Origin: Candidatus Saccharimonadales bacterium | GTDB taxonomy: Bacteria > Patescibacteriota > Saccharimonadia > Saccharimonadales > JAYRRP01 | DNA length: 64,000 nt | Direction: 5' to 3' | Assembly: GCA_041910055.1 (NCBI GenBank) | Contig: JAYRRP010000004.1 | Coordinates: 67,804 to 131,803 of the forward strand | Shown: positions 20,813 to 30,529 of the stretch, piece after piece | Layout of the letters: each line of letters opens with the position of its first letter | How positions within the stretch are numbered: the first letter of the stretch is position 1 | Notes under the pieces: model-generated | What the model was told of the DNA's origin: nothing | What the model saw: the letters and a program-made list of their open reading frames with translations, nothing else | Databases searched by the model: none | Position numbers and translations under genes: made by a program

Positions 20813-20953
20813 AAATACGTTGTATAGTGGGTCCACATATTAATTGTGATGACTAAAAGTCGTTGCAAAGGTTCTCAAATAGCCTTGCAAAGATGTTACA
20901 TCACTTAAAAGAACCGGCAATAAATTTGCCAGTTCATCAAGGAGCCTTAAGAA

Positions 20954-21289
20954 ATGGCTGACGCAAAAAAACCAGAAGCAAGTACGAACCAGCGGATCCG
21001 CATCCGTCTAAAGGCCTACGATCATAAGGTGATAGATCAATCTGCCAAGCAGATTGTTGATACTGCCCTCCGAACGGGCGCCACTATTGCTGGGCCTATT
21101 CCATTACCGACAAAAAGGACTGTTTACACAGTAGTCAAAAGCCCTCACGTCTATAAAAAGGGACGTGAACAGTTTGAGATGCGCGTACATAAACGCTTGA
21201 TCGATGTATTGGAGCCAACACCAAAGACAATTGACAGTCTCATGAACCTAAGTCTTCCGGCTGGCTGTGATGCTGAAATTAAAATGTAA
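20954..21289 (+). CDS. rpsJ: 30S ribosomal protein S10
   Basis: [31 protein letters not shown]. Confidence 0.98.
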   Translation: MADAKKPEASTNQRIRIRLKAYDHKVIDQSAKQIVDTALRTGATIAGPIPLPTKRTVYTVVKSPHVYKKGREQFEMRVHKRLIDVLEPTPKTIDSLMNLSLPAGCDAEIKM

Positions 21290-21352
21290 GCAGCTAGATA
21301 TACAAGCCTTTTAGCAGAAGCGTTTTCTTTGAGCTTTTGATATGATACTTGA

Positions 21353-21628
21353 ATGAAACAGCGCCGCAACAGCAAACTGGTTACAAAACAGTCAGATGGG
21401 ACTTTTGTACTAAAAGTTTTGCTTTACATTATTGTGGGTGCCCAATGGCTGTACATTACAAACCCGGACAAGGGCCAACAATATCCTATTCCCATAGGTT
21501 TGGTCATTGGCTTATTCTTTGCCTCTCATGAGCATTTTAAGCTAGATAGAAAGATTGAATATGCAGTTTTACTGGCTTCAATGTTTGTGAGCTTTTGGTT
21601 GCCAATGGGCATTACAATTGTACGATAA
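21353..21628 (+). CDS. Small membrane protein (3 predicted TM segments)
   Basis: Three hydrophobic stretches; extended -10 TGATATGAT 6 nt before the ATG. Confidence 0.7.
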   Translation: MKQRRNSKLVTKQSDGTFVLKVLLYIIVGAQWLYITNPDKGQQYPIPIGLVIGLFFASHEHFKLDRKIEYAVLLASMFVSFWLPMGITIVR

Positions 21629-21817
21629 TGGTAGTAGAATTAACAACAACTTGACAGATGTAGCATGTAACTGTTACCCTATAACAGTATCTTGAAAAGT
21701 ACGTGGGTTATTGCCGGAGTCTGTTTATGCAACAACAGGGGTAGAAACCATCAATAACTTGCTTTGTTTGCGTGTTACTTTTCAAACTTTATAGATAAGG
21801 TAAACGGGTTTGAAGCT

Positions 21818-22429
21818 GTGAAAGCATTTATCGGTCGAAAGATCGGCATGACAAATACAATAGATCAAACTGGCGCCGTGAAGGCATTGACTGTATTGGC
21901 AGCTGAACCTAACACTGTGACTGCCATAAAAGATATTGATAAAGATGGTTACCAGGCAGTGCAATTAGGTGTAGGCCAGAAACGTCTCAGTAAGGCATTG
22001 CAAGGCCAGTTTAAAGCCAGTAAGACAAGCCCTAAACATGTCAAAGAGTTCCGAGTGACCCAGATTGACAGCGAGCTTAAACTGGGGTCAACGTTATACG
22101 TCGAAGAAGTCTTTGAGGTCGGAGATATTGTGAAAGTAACTGGACAATCAAAGGGCAAAGGCTTTGCAGGCACCATTAAGCGCCATGGTTTTCACCGAGG
22201 GCGAAAAACCCACGGTGGCAGAAGTTACCGTCGCCCAGGTTCAATTGGCTCAATGTATCCACAAAAGATTTTTAAAGGCAAAAAAATGGCCGGTCAGATG
22301 GGTAGCACCAGAGTCACTGTCAAAAACCTACGAGTAGAATTAATTGATCGCGAGCTCGGTATCATTGGACTATCCGGCGCGATACCAGGTCCTCGAAAGG
22401 GCCTGGTTTTTATTAGGGGACAAGAATAA
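21818..22429 (+). CDS. rplC: 50S ribosomal protein L3 (GTG start)
   Basis: GRKIGMT, DGYQAVQLG, SKGKGFAGTIKRHGF, KGKKMAGQMG. Confidence 0.97.
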   Translation: MKAFIGRKIGMTNTIDQTGAVKALTVLAAEPNTVTAIKDIDKDGYQAVQLGVGQKRLSKALQGQFKASKTSPKHVKEFRVTQIDSELKLGSTLYVEEVFEVGDIVKVTGQSKGKGFAGTIKRHGFHRGRKTHGGRSYRRPGSIGSMYPQKIFKGKKMAGQMGSTRVTVKNLRVELIDRELGIIGLSGAIPGPRKGLVFIRGQE

Positions 22430-23094
22430 TGAGTGCTCCTACCTATACTAAAACGGGTAATAAAGCGACCGCTAACGTCAGGCTTCACAAAGATGTTTTT
22501 GATGTAGATATTAATAACCATGAATTACTAAAGCGTGCTTATGTTGCTTATCTTGCGAATGGCCGTCCGAACCTGGCAAAAGTGAAGACTCGCGGTGAAG
22601 TTCGTGGTGGTGGCAAAAAGCCATGGAGGCAGAAAGGAACAGGCCGAGCCCGCTTTGGTTCGAGCAGGAACCCAATCTGGAAAGGCGGCGGTATTACATT
22701 TGGCCCGACAGGAAATGAAAATTATACCCATAGCTTGCCAAAGAGCCTTAAACAACGAGCATTGCGGCAGGCATTATCTGTTGCTGCGAAAGATAATCGA
22801 ATCAAGATAGTTGAAAACTATGTTTCCATGGATGGTAAGACTAAGGATATGAGTAAATTCCTTGAGAAAATAGAAGCAAAAGGACAAATCTTAGCAGTTG
22901 TCAGCCAAAAAGATCCATCGAAAGAGCGGGCCACTCATAATATTCCACAATTATGGGTCGTGGCAGCACTTTATCTCAATGTTTTTGACGTACTGAATGC
23001 CGATACGATTATCATCAGCCGGGATGCGCTTACCATGATTGTTGACTGGTTAGGCGCCAAAAATATGACTACAACCAAGGGGACAAAAGAATGA
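22429..23094 (+). CDS. rplD: 50S ribosomal protein L4
   Basis: KTRGEVRGGGKKPWRQKGTGRAR. Confidence 0.98.
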   Translation: MSAPTYTKTGNKATANVRLHKDVFDVDINNHELLKRAYVAYLANGRPNLAKVKTRGEVRGGGKKPWRQKGTGRARFGSSRNPIWKGGGITFGPTGNENYTHSLPKSLKQRALRQALSVAAKDNRIKIVENYVSMDGKTKDMSKFLEKIEAKGQILAVVSQKDPSKERATHNIPQLWVVAALYLNVFDVLNADTIIISRDALTMIVDWLGAKNMTTTKGTKE

Positions 23095-23462
23095 ATAAAG
23101 CACTAGTTTTGCGCCCCCGAATGAGTGAGAAAACTTATGCTTTAAGCAAAGAAGTTAATGTTTATGTATTTGAGGTGCCACTTTCACACAATAAACACGA
23201 AATTGCGAAAGCAGTAGCTTCACAATTTGAAGTCACGGTGACCGATGTAAGAGTAGTAGTACAAAAGGGCAAACAGAAGCAATCATACCGGAAGCGAAGT
23301 CGACCAGTAACAGGTCAACGGAAAACTATTAAAAAGGCTTACGTGACACTTAAATCCGGCGATTCTATCCCAGTTTTTGCAGCCATAGATGAAGCAGAAG
23401 AGAAGGCTGAAAAGGCAAAAGCTACGGCCGAAAAGCAGCCAAAGAAGGCTAAGGATAAGTGA
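23091..23462 (+). CDS. rplW: 50S ribosomal protein L23
   Basis: PRMSEK, KKAYVTL; operon position. Confidence 0.96.
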   Translation: MNKALVLRPRMSEKTYALSKEVNVYVFEVPLSHNKHEIAKAVASQFEVTVTDVRVVVQKGKQKQSYRKRSRPVTGQRKTIKKAYVTLKSGDSIPVFAAIDEAEEKAEKAKATAEKQPKKAKDK

Positions 23463-24298
23463 TGGCAATAAAAAGCTATAAACCAACTACCCCAGGTAGA
23501 CGAGGTATGACCACACAGGACCTTGCTGGTATTACGTCCAAAAAACCGGTGCGTTCTTTGTTGAGACCAAAACGCCGTTCCAATGGTCGAAACAGCCAAG
23601 GACGCATTACAGTTCGTCATAAAGGTGGCGGAGCACGTAAATTTTATCGAGTGATGAACTTTAATCCTGCTGAGGGCTTATCAGCAGTGATCGAAGCGAT
23701 TGAATATGATCCAAACCGAACAGCACGAATCGCCCGCCTTAAGGATAATAACGGTAGCTATCATTATGTCTTAGCCGCTAAAGATATGCAGACTGGGCAA
23801 AAAGTAATGGTCGGTGCTGAAGCCTCAATTGAGCAGGGGAACCGTTTGCCACTAATCAATATTCCAATTGGTAGCTCTATATATGGTATTGAACTTCAGC
23901 CTGGCAAAGGTGCGCAATTAGTGCGCAGTGCCGGTAACAATGCTCAGCTTGTCGCCAAAGATGAAAAGTATGCACAGGTTCGCCTGCCGAGTGGAGAGGT
24001 ACGCCTGGTATTACTGAGCTGCCAAGCTAATCTCGGATCTATCGGTAATGAACAACACCAGAATATTAAAGTTGGTAAAGCAGGCCGTAACCGTCGGAAA
24101 GGTATCCGGCCGACTGTGCGTGGTGTGGTAATGAATGCAGCTGATCATCCGCATGGAGGCGGTGACGGCGGACGTCATGGTACCGCCAAGGATCCGCGTA
24201 CTCCGTGGGGTCAGAAGACGCTTGGTTATAAAACACGTCGCCGAAAGCATACTGATAAGTTTATTGTAAAGAACCGCCAATCGGCTAAAAGAAGGTAA
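23462..24298 (+). CDS. rplB: 50S ribosomal protein L2
   Basis: GRITVRHKGGG, EYDPNRTARIA, RGVVMNAADHPHGGG. Confidence 0.98.
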   Translation: MAIKSYKPTTPGRRGMTTQDLAGITSKKPVRSLLRPKRRSNGRNSQGRITVRHKGGGARKFYRVMNFNPAEGLSAVIEAIEYDPNRTARIARLKDNNGSYHYVLAAKDMQTGQKVMVGAEASIEQGNRLPLINIPIGSSIYGIELQPGKGAQLVRSAGNNAQLVAKDEKYAQVRLPSGEVRLVLLSCQANLGSIGNEQHQNIKVGKAGRNRRKGIRPTVRGVVMNAADHPHGGGDGGRHGTAKDPRTPWGQKTLGYKTRRRKHTDKFIVKNRQSAKRR

Positions 24299-24308
24299 AG
24301 GATAAATA

Positions 24309-24584
24309 ATGAGCCGTTCACTGAAAAAAGGACCATTTGTTGACCCGAAGCTTGCCAAGAAAATTAGTGCACTTGGCAGTGAAGACCGAACAATTGTAAA
24401 GACCTGGGCAAGGGCTTCTACTGTTGCACCTGAGTTTGTAGGACGTACGATAGCGGTTCACAATGGCAAAGTCCATGTACCAGTATTTGTTACCGAAAAC
24501 ATGGTTGGCCACAAACTAGGTGAGTTTGCACCAACGCGTAAATTCCGTTCACACGGGGGCAAGCTCGCGAAAGGGAAGAAATAA
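24309..24584 (+). CDS. rpsS: 30S ribosomal protein S19
   Basis: [25 protein letters not shown]. Confidence 0.98.
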   Translation: MSRSLKKGPFVDPKLAKKISALGSEDRTIVKTWARASTVAPEFVGRTIAVHNGKVHVPVFVTENMVGHKLGEFAPTRKFRSHGGKLAKGKK

Positions 24585-24585
24585 T

Positions 24586-24987
24586 ATGAATAGGACTGCA
24601 TATGCAACCGCGAAAGGTGTCCGTCTGAGTCCTCGCAAAGTAGGGGTAGTTGCCTCTCTGGTGCGTGGCCAAACAGTTGAAGGAGCGTTAACGATTTTAC
24701 GCCATACACCACGGCGAGCAAATATAGCAGTCCAGAAGGTAATTGAAAGTGCGAAGGCAAATGCCGACTATAACCATCAAATTAAACCTGAAACTCTGAA
24801 AATTGTAGAAATTTCAGTTACATCAGGAGCTCGTCTGAAGAGGTTTCGGCCAGCTGCCCGGGGCCGTGCCCTGCCATACCAGAAACGCACCTCACATATC
24901 CGGGTCGTGGTTGATGGCGAAGTCCGTGCACCTAAGAAACCTGTTACGAAGACAAAATCTGCGCCCAAAGCAGGAGAAAGGGTATAA
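24586..24987 (+). CDS. rplV: 50S ribosomal protein L22
   Basis: SPRKV, SAKANA, RPAARGRA, KRTSHI. Confidence 0.96.
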   Translation: MNRTAYATAKGVRLSPRKVGVVASLVRGQTVEGALTILRHTPRRANIAVQKVIESAKANADYNHQIKPETLKIVEISVTSGARLKRFRPAARGRALPYQKRTSHIRVVVDGEVRAPKKPVTKTKSAPKAGERV

Positions 24988-24989
24988 CC

Positions 24990-25619
24990 ATGGGCCAAAA
25001 GGTTAATCCAATCAGTATGCGTTTGCAGGTGAATAAAGATTGGCGAAGCAAATGGTTTGCAAACAAACGTGAGTATGCCACTTATCTTTCGCAAGATCTT
25101 GCTGTCAGGAAATTGATCCAATCTAAATTGGGATCACGCGCAGCGATCAACAAAGTTGATATCGAACGTTCACCCAACTTGGTAACCGTGACGGTAAGCA
25201 CCGCAAAAGCAGGCGTCGTTATTGGACGAGGGGGTAGCGGAGCGCAAGACCTAAAAACTGCTATTGAGAAAATATACGGGGTACCTGTTCGCCTGAATAT
25301 TGAAGAGGTAAAGAAGCCCGAATTATATGCAAAACTGGTGGCCGAGAATATCGCCTATCAATTGGAACGGCGTATTTCATTCCGTCGTGCCATTAAGGCT
25401 GCTTCTGCAAATACCATGAGAGCTGGCGCAAAAGGTATACGCATTGAAGTGTCTGGCCGTCTAAACGGAGCAGAAATGTCCCGTCGTGAGAAGGAAGTAG
25501 CTGGCAGTGTACCCCTGCACACTTTGCGCGCAGACATCGATTATGCGCAAATAGATGCGAGAACAGTAGCAGGTATTATTGGCGTGAAAGTGTGGATTTA
25601 TAAAGGTGAGGTGGTGTAA
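24990..25619 (+). CDS. rpsC: 30S ribosomal protein S3
   Basis: [28 protein letters not shown]. Confidence 0.98.
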   Translation: MGQKVNPISMRLQVNKDWRSKWFANKREYATYLSQDLAVRKLIQSKLGSRAAINKVDIERSPNLVTVTVSTAKAGVVIGRGGSGAQDLKTAIEKIYGVPVRLNIEEVKKPELYAKLVAENIAYQLERRISFRRAIKAASANTMRAGAKGIRIEVSGRLNGAEMSRREKEVAGSVPLHTLRADIDYAQIDARTVAGIIGVKVWIYKGEVV

Positions 25620-25624
25620 GTACT

Positions 25625-26038
25625 ATGTTGATGCCAAAGAAAACAAAGTACCGCAAGGTTCGGAAAGGACGGATTACTGGTGTTGCCAGTAGCGGCCGCA
25701 CTATTGCCTTCGGAGATTTTGCTTTGCAGTCTCAGGGTCAGGAACGAATTACTTCTCGCCAAATTGAAGCGGCTCGGCAAGCGATGACAAGACACATCAA
25801 GCGTGGTGGTAAAATTTGGATTCGCGTTTTCCCACACACCCCAGTAACTCGTAAGCCTCAAGACGTCAAGATGGGCAGCGGAAAGGGCAATCCAGAATTC
25901 TTTGTTGCCAAAGTCCGTCCTGGTACTATCTTGTTTGAAATGCAAGGGGTGGCTGAACCAGTTGCCCGTGAAGCAATGCGTTTGGCCGCACATAAGCTTC
26001 CGATTAAGACAAAGTTTTTGGCAAAGGAGGATATGTAA
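25625..26038 (+). CDS. rplP: 50S ribosomal protein L16
   Basis: [24 protein letters not shown]. Confidence 0.98.
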   Translation: MLMPKKTKYRKVRKGRITGVASSGRTIAFGDFALQSQGQERITSRQIEAARQAMTRHIKRGGKIWIRVFPHTPVTRKPQDVKMGSGKGNPEFFVAKVRPGTILFEMQGVAEPVAREAMRLAAHKLPIKTKFLAKEDM

Positions 26039-26239
26039 ATGAAGATTGTAGAAATTCGCAAACTGTCTACATCAGAGCTTACTCTCCAAAGCACAAAATT
26101 ACGTGAAGAAATCAGCGAACTAAGACGCCGGATACATATGGGTGAAATGCAGAACGTTCGTATGATTCGTAATAAGAGAAAAGATCTTGCCCGTATGCTG
26201 ACAGTACTAAGCGAGCAACTTACCAAGGAGACATCATAA
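26039..26239 (+). CDS. rpmC: 50S ribosomal protein L29
   Basis: RKDLARMLTVL; position after rplP. Confidence 0.95.
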   Translation: MKIVEIRKLSTSELTLQSTKLREEISELRRRIHMGEMQNVRMIRNKRKDLARMLTVLSEQLTKETS

Positions 26240-26553
26240 TGCCACGCCAGATTACAGGTATCGTTTCATCAGATAAAGGCAATAAGACAATCGTGGTAAG
26301 TGTCCACGCCCGAAAAACCCATCCGTTATATCGCAAACAGTACACCATAACGAAGAAGTTTATGGCGCATGATGAAAAGAATGAAGCTCAAGCTGGAGAC
26401 ACAGTGTCAATTATTGAATCAAAACCAATAAGTGCTAGGAAGCATTTTGTGCTTAGTAAGATTGAGCAGCGTGCTGCCATCCGCCAGAAAGACAGCGTAG
26501 AAACTTTGACAAAAGATGAAACGCAGAATGATGACCAGGGGAAAGCCAAATGA
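26239..26553 (+). CDS. rpsQ: 30S ribosomal protein S17
   Basis: KTIVV, HPLYRK, AHDEKN, GDTV, PISARK. Confidence 0.97.
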   Translation: MPRQITGIVSSDKGNKTIVVSVHARKTHPLYRKQYTITKKFMAHDEKNEAQAGDTVSIIESKPISARKHFVLSKIEQRAAIRQKDSVETLTKDETQNDDQGKAK

Positions 26554-26918
26554 TACAGCAAGAATCTAGGTTAATAGTGTGTGATAATAGCGGCGCCAAA
26601 GAAATACTTTGTATTCGTGTACTTGGTGGTACGCGTCGTCGTTATGCCCGAGTTGGTGATACAATTGTGGCTACAGTAAAACAGGCAAACCCCAGTGGCA
26701 ATGTGAAGAAAAAGTCGGTGGTGAGGGCAGTAGTAGTACGCGCCAAGCAACCAATAAAACGACGTGATGGATCAACTATTTCATTTGATGACAATGCAGC
26801 GGTGATCATAGGCGATGATAAACTGCCCAAAGCGACGAGAATTTTTGGGCCGGTCCCCCGTGAACTCCGTGACCTTGGCTATCATAAAATAATCAGTCTT
26901 GCCCCGGAGGTACTATAA
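26550..26918 (+). CDS. rplN: 50S ribosomal protein L14
   Basis: MIQQES, DNSGAK, FDDNAAV, SLAPEVL. Confidence 0.98.
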   Translation: MIQQESRLIVCDNSGAKEILCIRVLGGTRRRYARVGDTIVATVKQANPSGNVKKKSVVRAVVVRAKQPIKRRDGSTISFDDNAAVIIGDDKLPKATRIFGPVPRELRDLGYHKIISLAPEVL

Positions 26919-26919
26919 A

Positions 26920-27252
26920 ATGCCTCAAGTATACAAAATACGGCTCAAAAAGGGTGACACTGTCATTGTACGGTCCGGCAAAGATAAGGGAAAGACTGGT
27001 AAAGTTTTAGCAACCCATCCACAACTTAATAAAGTGACGGTTGAAGGGGTAAATTTGGTAAAACGTCATATAAAACCGGATAAACGAAATCCGCAAGGTG
27101 CAATTACTGAAAGCACAAAGCCTATTTGGGTGTCGAAAGTAAGTGTAGTTGACCCTACCAGCAAGAAACCTTCGCGGATTATCTATAAGTTTGATAAAGA
27201 TGGGAAAAAGATAAGACTGTATGCGAGAAGCGGCAAGGAGATTAAATCATGA
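26920..27252 (+). CDS. rplX: 50S ribosomal protein L24
   Basis: KKGDTV..GKDKGKTGKV KOW motif, VEGVN. Confidence 0.97.
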   Translation: MPQVYKIRLKKGDTVIVRSGKDKGKTGKVLATHPQLNKVTVEGVNLVKRHIKPDKRNPQGAITESTKPIWVSKVSVVDPTSKKPSRIIYKFDKDGKKIRLYARSGKEIKS

Positions 27253-27845
27253 GTAGTGTCGCTACCGCAAAAAAACCGCAAACTGCACGTCTCAAGCGTC
27301 TTTATCACGATGAGGTAAAGAGACAACTGTTGACAGAGTTGAAGCTTAAGAATTTGCACCAAGTTCCTCATCTTGAGAAGATTGTTTTAAATGTTGGTTT
27401 GGGCAAGGCAAAAGATGATAAAAAACTTATCGAGGCCGCTGCTAATACCCTGACGAAAATATCAGGCCAAAAACCCATACCTACCGTTGCAAAAAAATCG
27501 ATTGCTTCATTTAAGCTGCGTGAAGGCAACCGTATTGGGTTGAAGGTCACCCTGCGCGATGAGCGAATGTATGAGTTCCTAGATCGATTTATTAATATTG
27601 TGCTTCCCAGGTTACGTGATTTTCACGGTGTAAGTTTGAAAGCATTTGATAAGTCGGGGAACTACAGTATTGGCATTAATGACCAGTCAGTATTTCCAGA
27701 GCTATCATTTAGCGAAACGACAACTGTTCATGGCTTACAAGTAGTATTAGTAGTACGTGCCAAATCTGCTGAACAAGCTCAGGCGCTACTTGAGAAATTT
27801 GGAATGCCGTTTGAGAAAACAGCTGCCACTAAAGGAGGCAAATAG
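27249..27845 (+). CDS. rplE: 50S ribosomal protein L5
   Basis: KIVLNVGLG, SIASFKLREG, LPRLRDFHG. Confidence 0.98.
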   Translation: MSSVATAKKPQTARLKRLYHDEVKRQLLTELKLKNLHQVPHLEKIVLNVGLGKAKDDKKLIEAAANTLTKISGQKPIPTVAKKSIASFKLREGNRIGLKVTLRDERMYEFLDRFINIVLPRLRDFHGVSLKAFDKSGNYSIGINDQSVFPELSFSETTTVHGLQVVLVVRAKSAEQAQALLEKFGMPFEKTAATKGGK

Positions 27846-28115
27846 ATGGCTAAAAAATCAATCGTTGCACGTGATCAAAAACGACAAAAAATGATCGAAA
27901 AGTATGCTGCGAAGCGCGCTGAGTTAAAGGCCTTAGGTGACCATGATGCCTTACATCAATTACCACCCAATTCATCTCCCACGCGACGTAAGAATCGTTG
28001 CCAAGAGACTGGCCGACCGCGGGCTTATATGCGTACTTTCGGCTTAAGCCGCATTTCTTTTAGAGAGCATGCAAGCAAGGGTGAGATTCCGGGCGTAACT
28101 AAATCAAGTTGGTAG
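27846..28115 (+). CDS. rpsN: 30S ribosomal protein S14 (89-aa zinc-independent type)
   Basis: [34 protein letters not shown]. Confidence 0.97.
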   Translation: MAKKSIVARDQKRQKMIEKYAAKRAELKALGDHDALHQLPPNSSPTRRKNRCQETGRPRAYMRTFGLSRISFREHASKGEIPGVTKSSW

Positions 28116-28125
28116 AGGAGAGATT

Positions 28126-28527
28126 ATGACAAAAGTGACCACAGACCCAATCGCCGACATGCTTACCCGCATTCGTAATGCCTTATTGGTCCAAAAGGAA
28201 GAGATTGTGTTACCGCACTCTAAAGTAAAAGAAGCGGTAGCTACTATATTGCAGAAAAATAACTTTATTGATAAAGTAACCGTCAGCAACACCTCAGTTG
28301 GCAAAGATTTACACTTAGTGCTGATTAAACCCGGACAGAATTCCCATATTACCGAAATTGCTCGAATGAGTACTCCAGGACGTCGCCATTATGTGAACTC
28401 CAAAGAGATCCCTGTTATTAAACAGGGTCGAGGTATCGTCGTTATTTCTACATCTCAAGGCATGATGACGGGTGATGAAGCTCAGAAAAAGGGACTAGGC
28501 GGCGAATTAATTTGTAAGGTGTACTAG
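28126..28527 (+). CDS. rpsH: 30S ribosomal protein S8
   Basis: DPIADMLTRIRNA, STSQG, GGELIC. Confidence 0.98.
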   Translation: MTKVTTDPIADMLTRIRNALLVQKEEIVLPHSKVKEAVATILQKNNFIDKVTVSNTSVGKDLHLVLIKPGQNSHITEIARMSTPGRRHYVNSKEIPVIKQGRGIVVISTSQGMMTGDEAQKKGLGGELICKVY

Positions 28528-28537
28528 ATTTAAGAAA

Positions 28538-29077
28538 ATGAGTAGAGTTGGCAAAATACCAGTTACATTACCAGACAATGTCGATGTGAGTATCGATAAA
28601 GAGCTGATTATTGCCAATGGCCCGAAAGGCCGGCTTGAACAGCAAATGCTAGCTGGCATTAAGGTTACTCAGCAAGACCGACAAATCGTTTTCACCAGAA
28701 AAAATGATGAGCCGGTCAATCGTGCTAATCACGGGCTGTTACGTGCCCTGGTTCAAAATATGGTAACAGGTGTTCAGAATGGCTTCCAGAAAAAACTAGA
28801 GATAAACGGAGTCGGCTATCGAGTAGCACTATCAGGTAATGAACTACGTTTGTCTCTAGGTTTTTCCCATCCAGTTACCTACCGCCTACCAGAAGGCATT
28901 ACTGCTAGTGTTGAGCAGAATATCATCACTATCAGCGGTATCAGTAAACAACAAGTGGGACAGGTGGCTGCTGAGATTCGCGCACTCAAGAAACCAGAAC
29001 CGTATAAAGGCAAGGGTATCAAGTATGTCGGCGAACGGATAATTCGAAAAAGTGGAAAGTCAGGTAAGGATAAGTAA
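28538..29077 (+). CDS. rplF: 50S ribosomal protein L6
   Basis: MSRVGK, GVGYR, PEPYKGKGIKY. Confidence 0.98.
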   Translation: MSRVGKIPVTLPDNVDVSIDKELIIANGPKGRLEQQMLAGIKVTQQDRQIVFTRKNDEPVNRANHGLLRALVQNMVTGVQNGFQKKLEINGVGYRVALSGNELRLSLGFSHPVTYRLPEGITASVEQNIITISGISKQQVGQVAAEIRALKKPEPYKGKGIKYVGERIIRKSGKSGKDK

Positions 29078-29431
29078 ATGGATAGGTTACTTCATAAATA
29101 TACTGCCAAAAGTCTGCGGAAGAAGCGGATTAGGGCACGTCTGATGGGTACGACTGAAGTGCCGCGTCTGAGTGTTTATATTAGTAATAGGCACGTGTCA
29201 GCCCAGATTATTGACGATTCCATGCACCGAACACTGGCAGCAGTTACCACAGTTGGACAGAAGATGGAACCGTCAAAGATGAAGCAAGCCGAATGGGTAG
29301 GTACCCAAATAGCCCAACATGCGAAAAAAGCTGGAATCAAGAAGATAGTATTTGATCGCAACGGCAAACTATACCACGGAAGAGTAAAAGCGCTAGCTGA
29401 CGAAGCCAGGCGTGGAGGATTGGAGTTTTAA
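29078..29431 (+). CDS. rplR: 50S ribosomal protein L18
   Basis: PRLSV, AQIIDD, FDRNGKLYHGRVKALAD, GLEF. Confidence 0.97.
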   Translation: MDRLLHKYTAKSLRKKRIRARLMGTTEVPRLSVYISNRHVSAQIIDDSMHRTLAAVTTVGQKMEPSKMKQAEWVGTQIAQHAKKAGIKKIVFDRNGKLYHGRVKALADEARRGGLEF

Positions 29432-29977
29432 ATGGCTGAACCGACAAAACCTGCCCGATTGAGTGGTGAAGAAAAGCAATTCGATGAACGCGTAGTTCAT
29501 ATCGATCGTGTCGCACGCGTGGTAAAGGGCGGTCGTCGTTTCCGTTTCCGTGCGTTAGTGGTTGTGGGTGACCCGAAAACAAACCGAGTAGGTGTAGGTT
29601 CAGCAAAGGGCGCTGATGTAACTGCAGCAGTTGCAAAAGCTGTAGATGTAGCGAAGAAGAACATGATATCAGTCCCCACTTATAAAGACACATTACCACA
29701 TGAAGTTACTACAAAAGTAAGTGGTGCACGGGTACTTATTAAACCAGCCAGCCCAGGTACTGGGCTGATTGCAGGCGGTGTGGTCAGAACTATCCTTGAA
29801 TCGGCCGGGCTTCATAATGCACTTAGTAAATCATTTGGCTCAACTAATAAGACTAATATTGCTTATGCCACTATAGAGGGGTTAAAGTCGGTTCGACCAG
29901 CTTCACAATGGATAACCAGACAAACTGCGCTAAAAAAAGAAGTGGTGAAACCAAAGAAAACGAGCGTTAAATCATGA
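29432..29977 (+). CDS. rpsE: 30S ribosomal protein S5
   Basis: RVARVVKGGRRFRFRALVVVGD, PASPGTGLIAGG. Confidence 0.98.
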   Translation: MAEPTKPARLSGEEKQFDERVVHIDRVARVVKGGRRFRFRALVVVGDPKTNRVGVGSAKGADVTAAVAKAVDVAKKNMISVPTYKDTLPHEVTTKVSGARVLIKPASPGTGLIAGGVVRTILESAGLHNALSKSFGSTNKTNIAYATIEGLKSVRPASQWITRQTALKKEVVKPKKTSVKS

Positions 29978-30471
29978 AGTATCACGAACTTCAGCTTACC
30001 CACTCCCCAAAGAAGAAAACACGAGTTGGACGTGGTATTAGTGCTGGAAAGGGAAAAACCGCCGGCAGGGGTACAAAAGGGCAAAAATCGCGAAGCGGAT
30101 ACAGTCGGCGGCCTGGATTTGAAGGCGGACAGAATCCTCTTATGCAACGCTTCCCAAAGCTTCGTGGCTTCCACTCTAAGCACCAGAAACCGGAAATAGT
30201 ATTTACTGACCAACTGAATGGTCTCAGCACCAACGTTAATAATCATACATTGGCAGATAGTAAGCTAGTTTCAAGTGCGTATGTGAAAGTGACCATACTA
30301 AAACGTGGTGATGTGAAAAAAAAGGTGAGCGTTGAGTTACAAAAGGCTAGCGGTCAGGCCATAACACTTATTGAAAAAGCCGGCGGCACTTTTAAATCGG
30401 TGCCTCAGCTAAAGCGCCCGGCATCATCAAAAAAAACTAAAGCTACTTCTGCTCAAAAATCTAAAGAGTAG
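29974..30471 (+). CDS. rplO: 50S ribosomal protein L15
   Basis: RVGRGISAGKGKTAGRGTKGQKSR, FEGGQNPL. Confidence 0.97.
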   Translation: MKYHELQLTHSPKKKTRVGRGISAGKGKTAGRGTKGQKSRSGYSRRPGFEGGQNPLMQRFPKLRGFHSKHQKPEIVFTDQLNGLSTNVNNHTLADSKLVSSAYVKVTILKRGDVKKKVSVELQKASGQAITLIEKAGGTFKSVPQLKRPASSKKTKATSAQKSKE

Positions 30472-30529
30472 TATTTTTGGCCACCAAAGCTTGCTATACT
30501 GAAAGGCAACTTATGGGAAATGAACTGAG

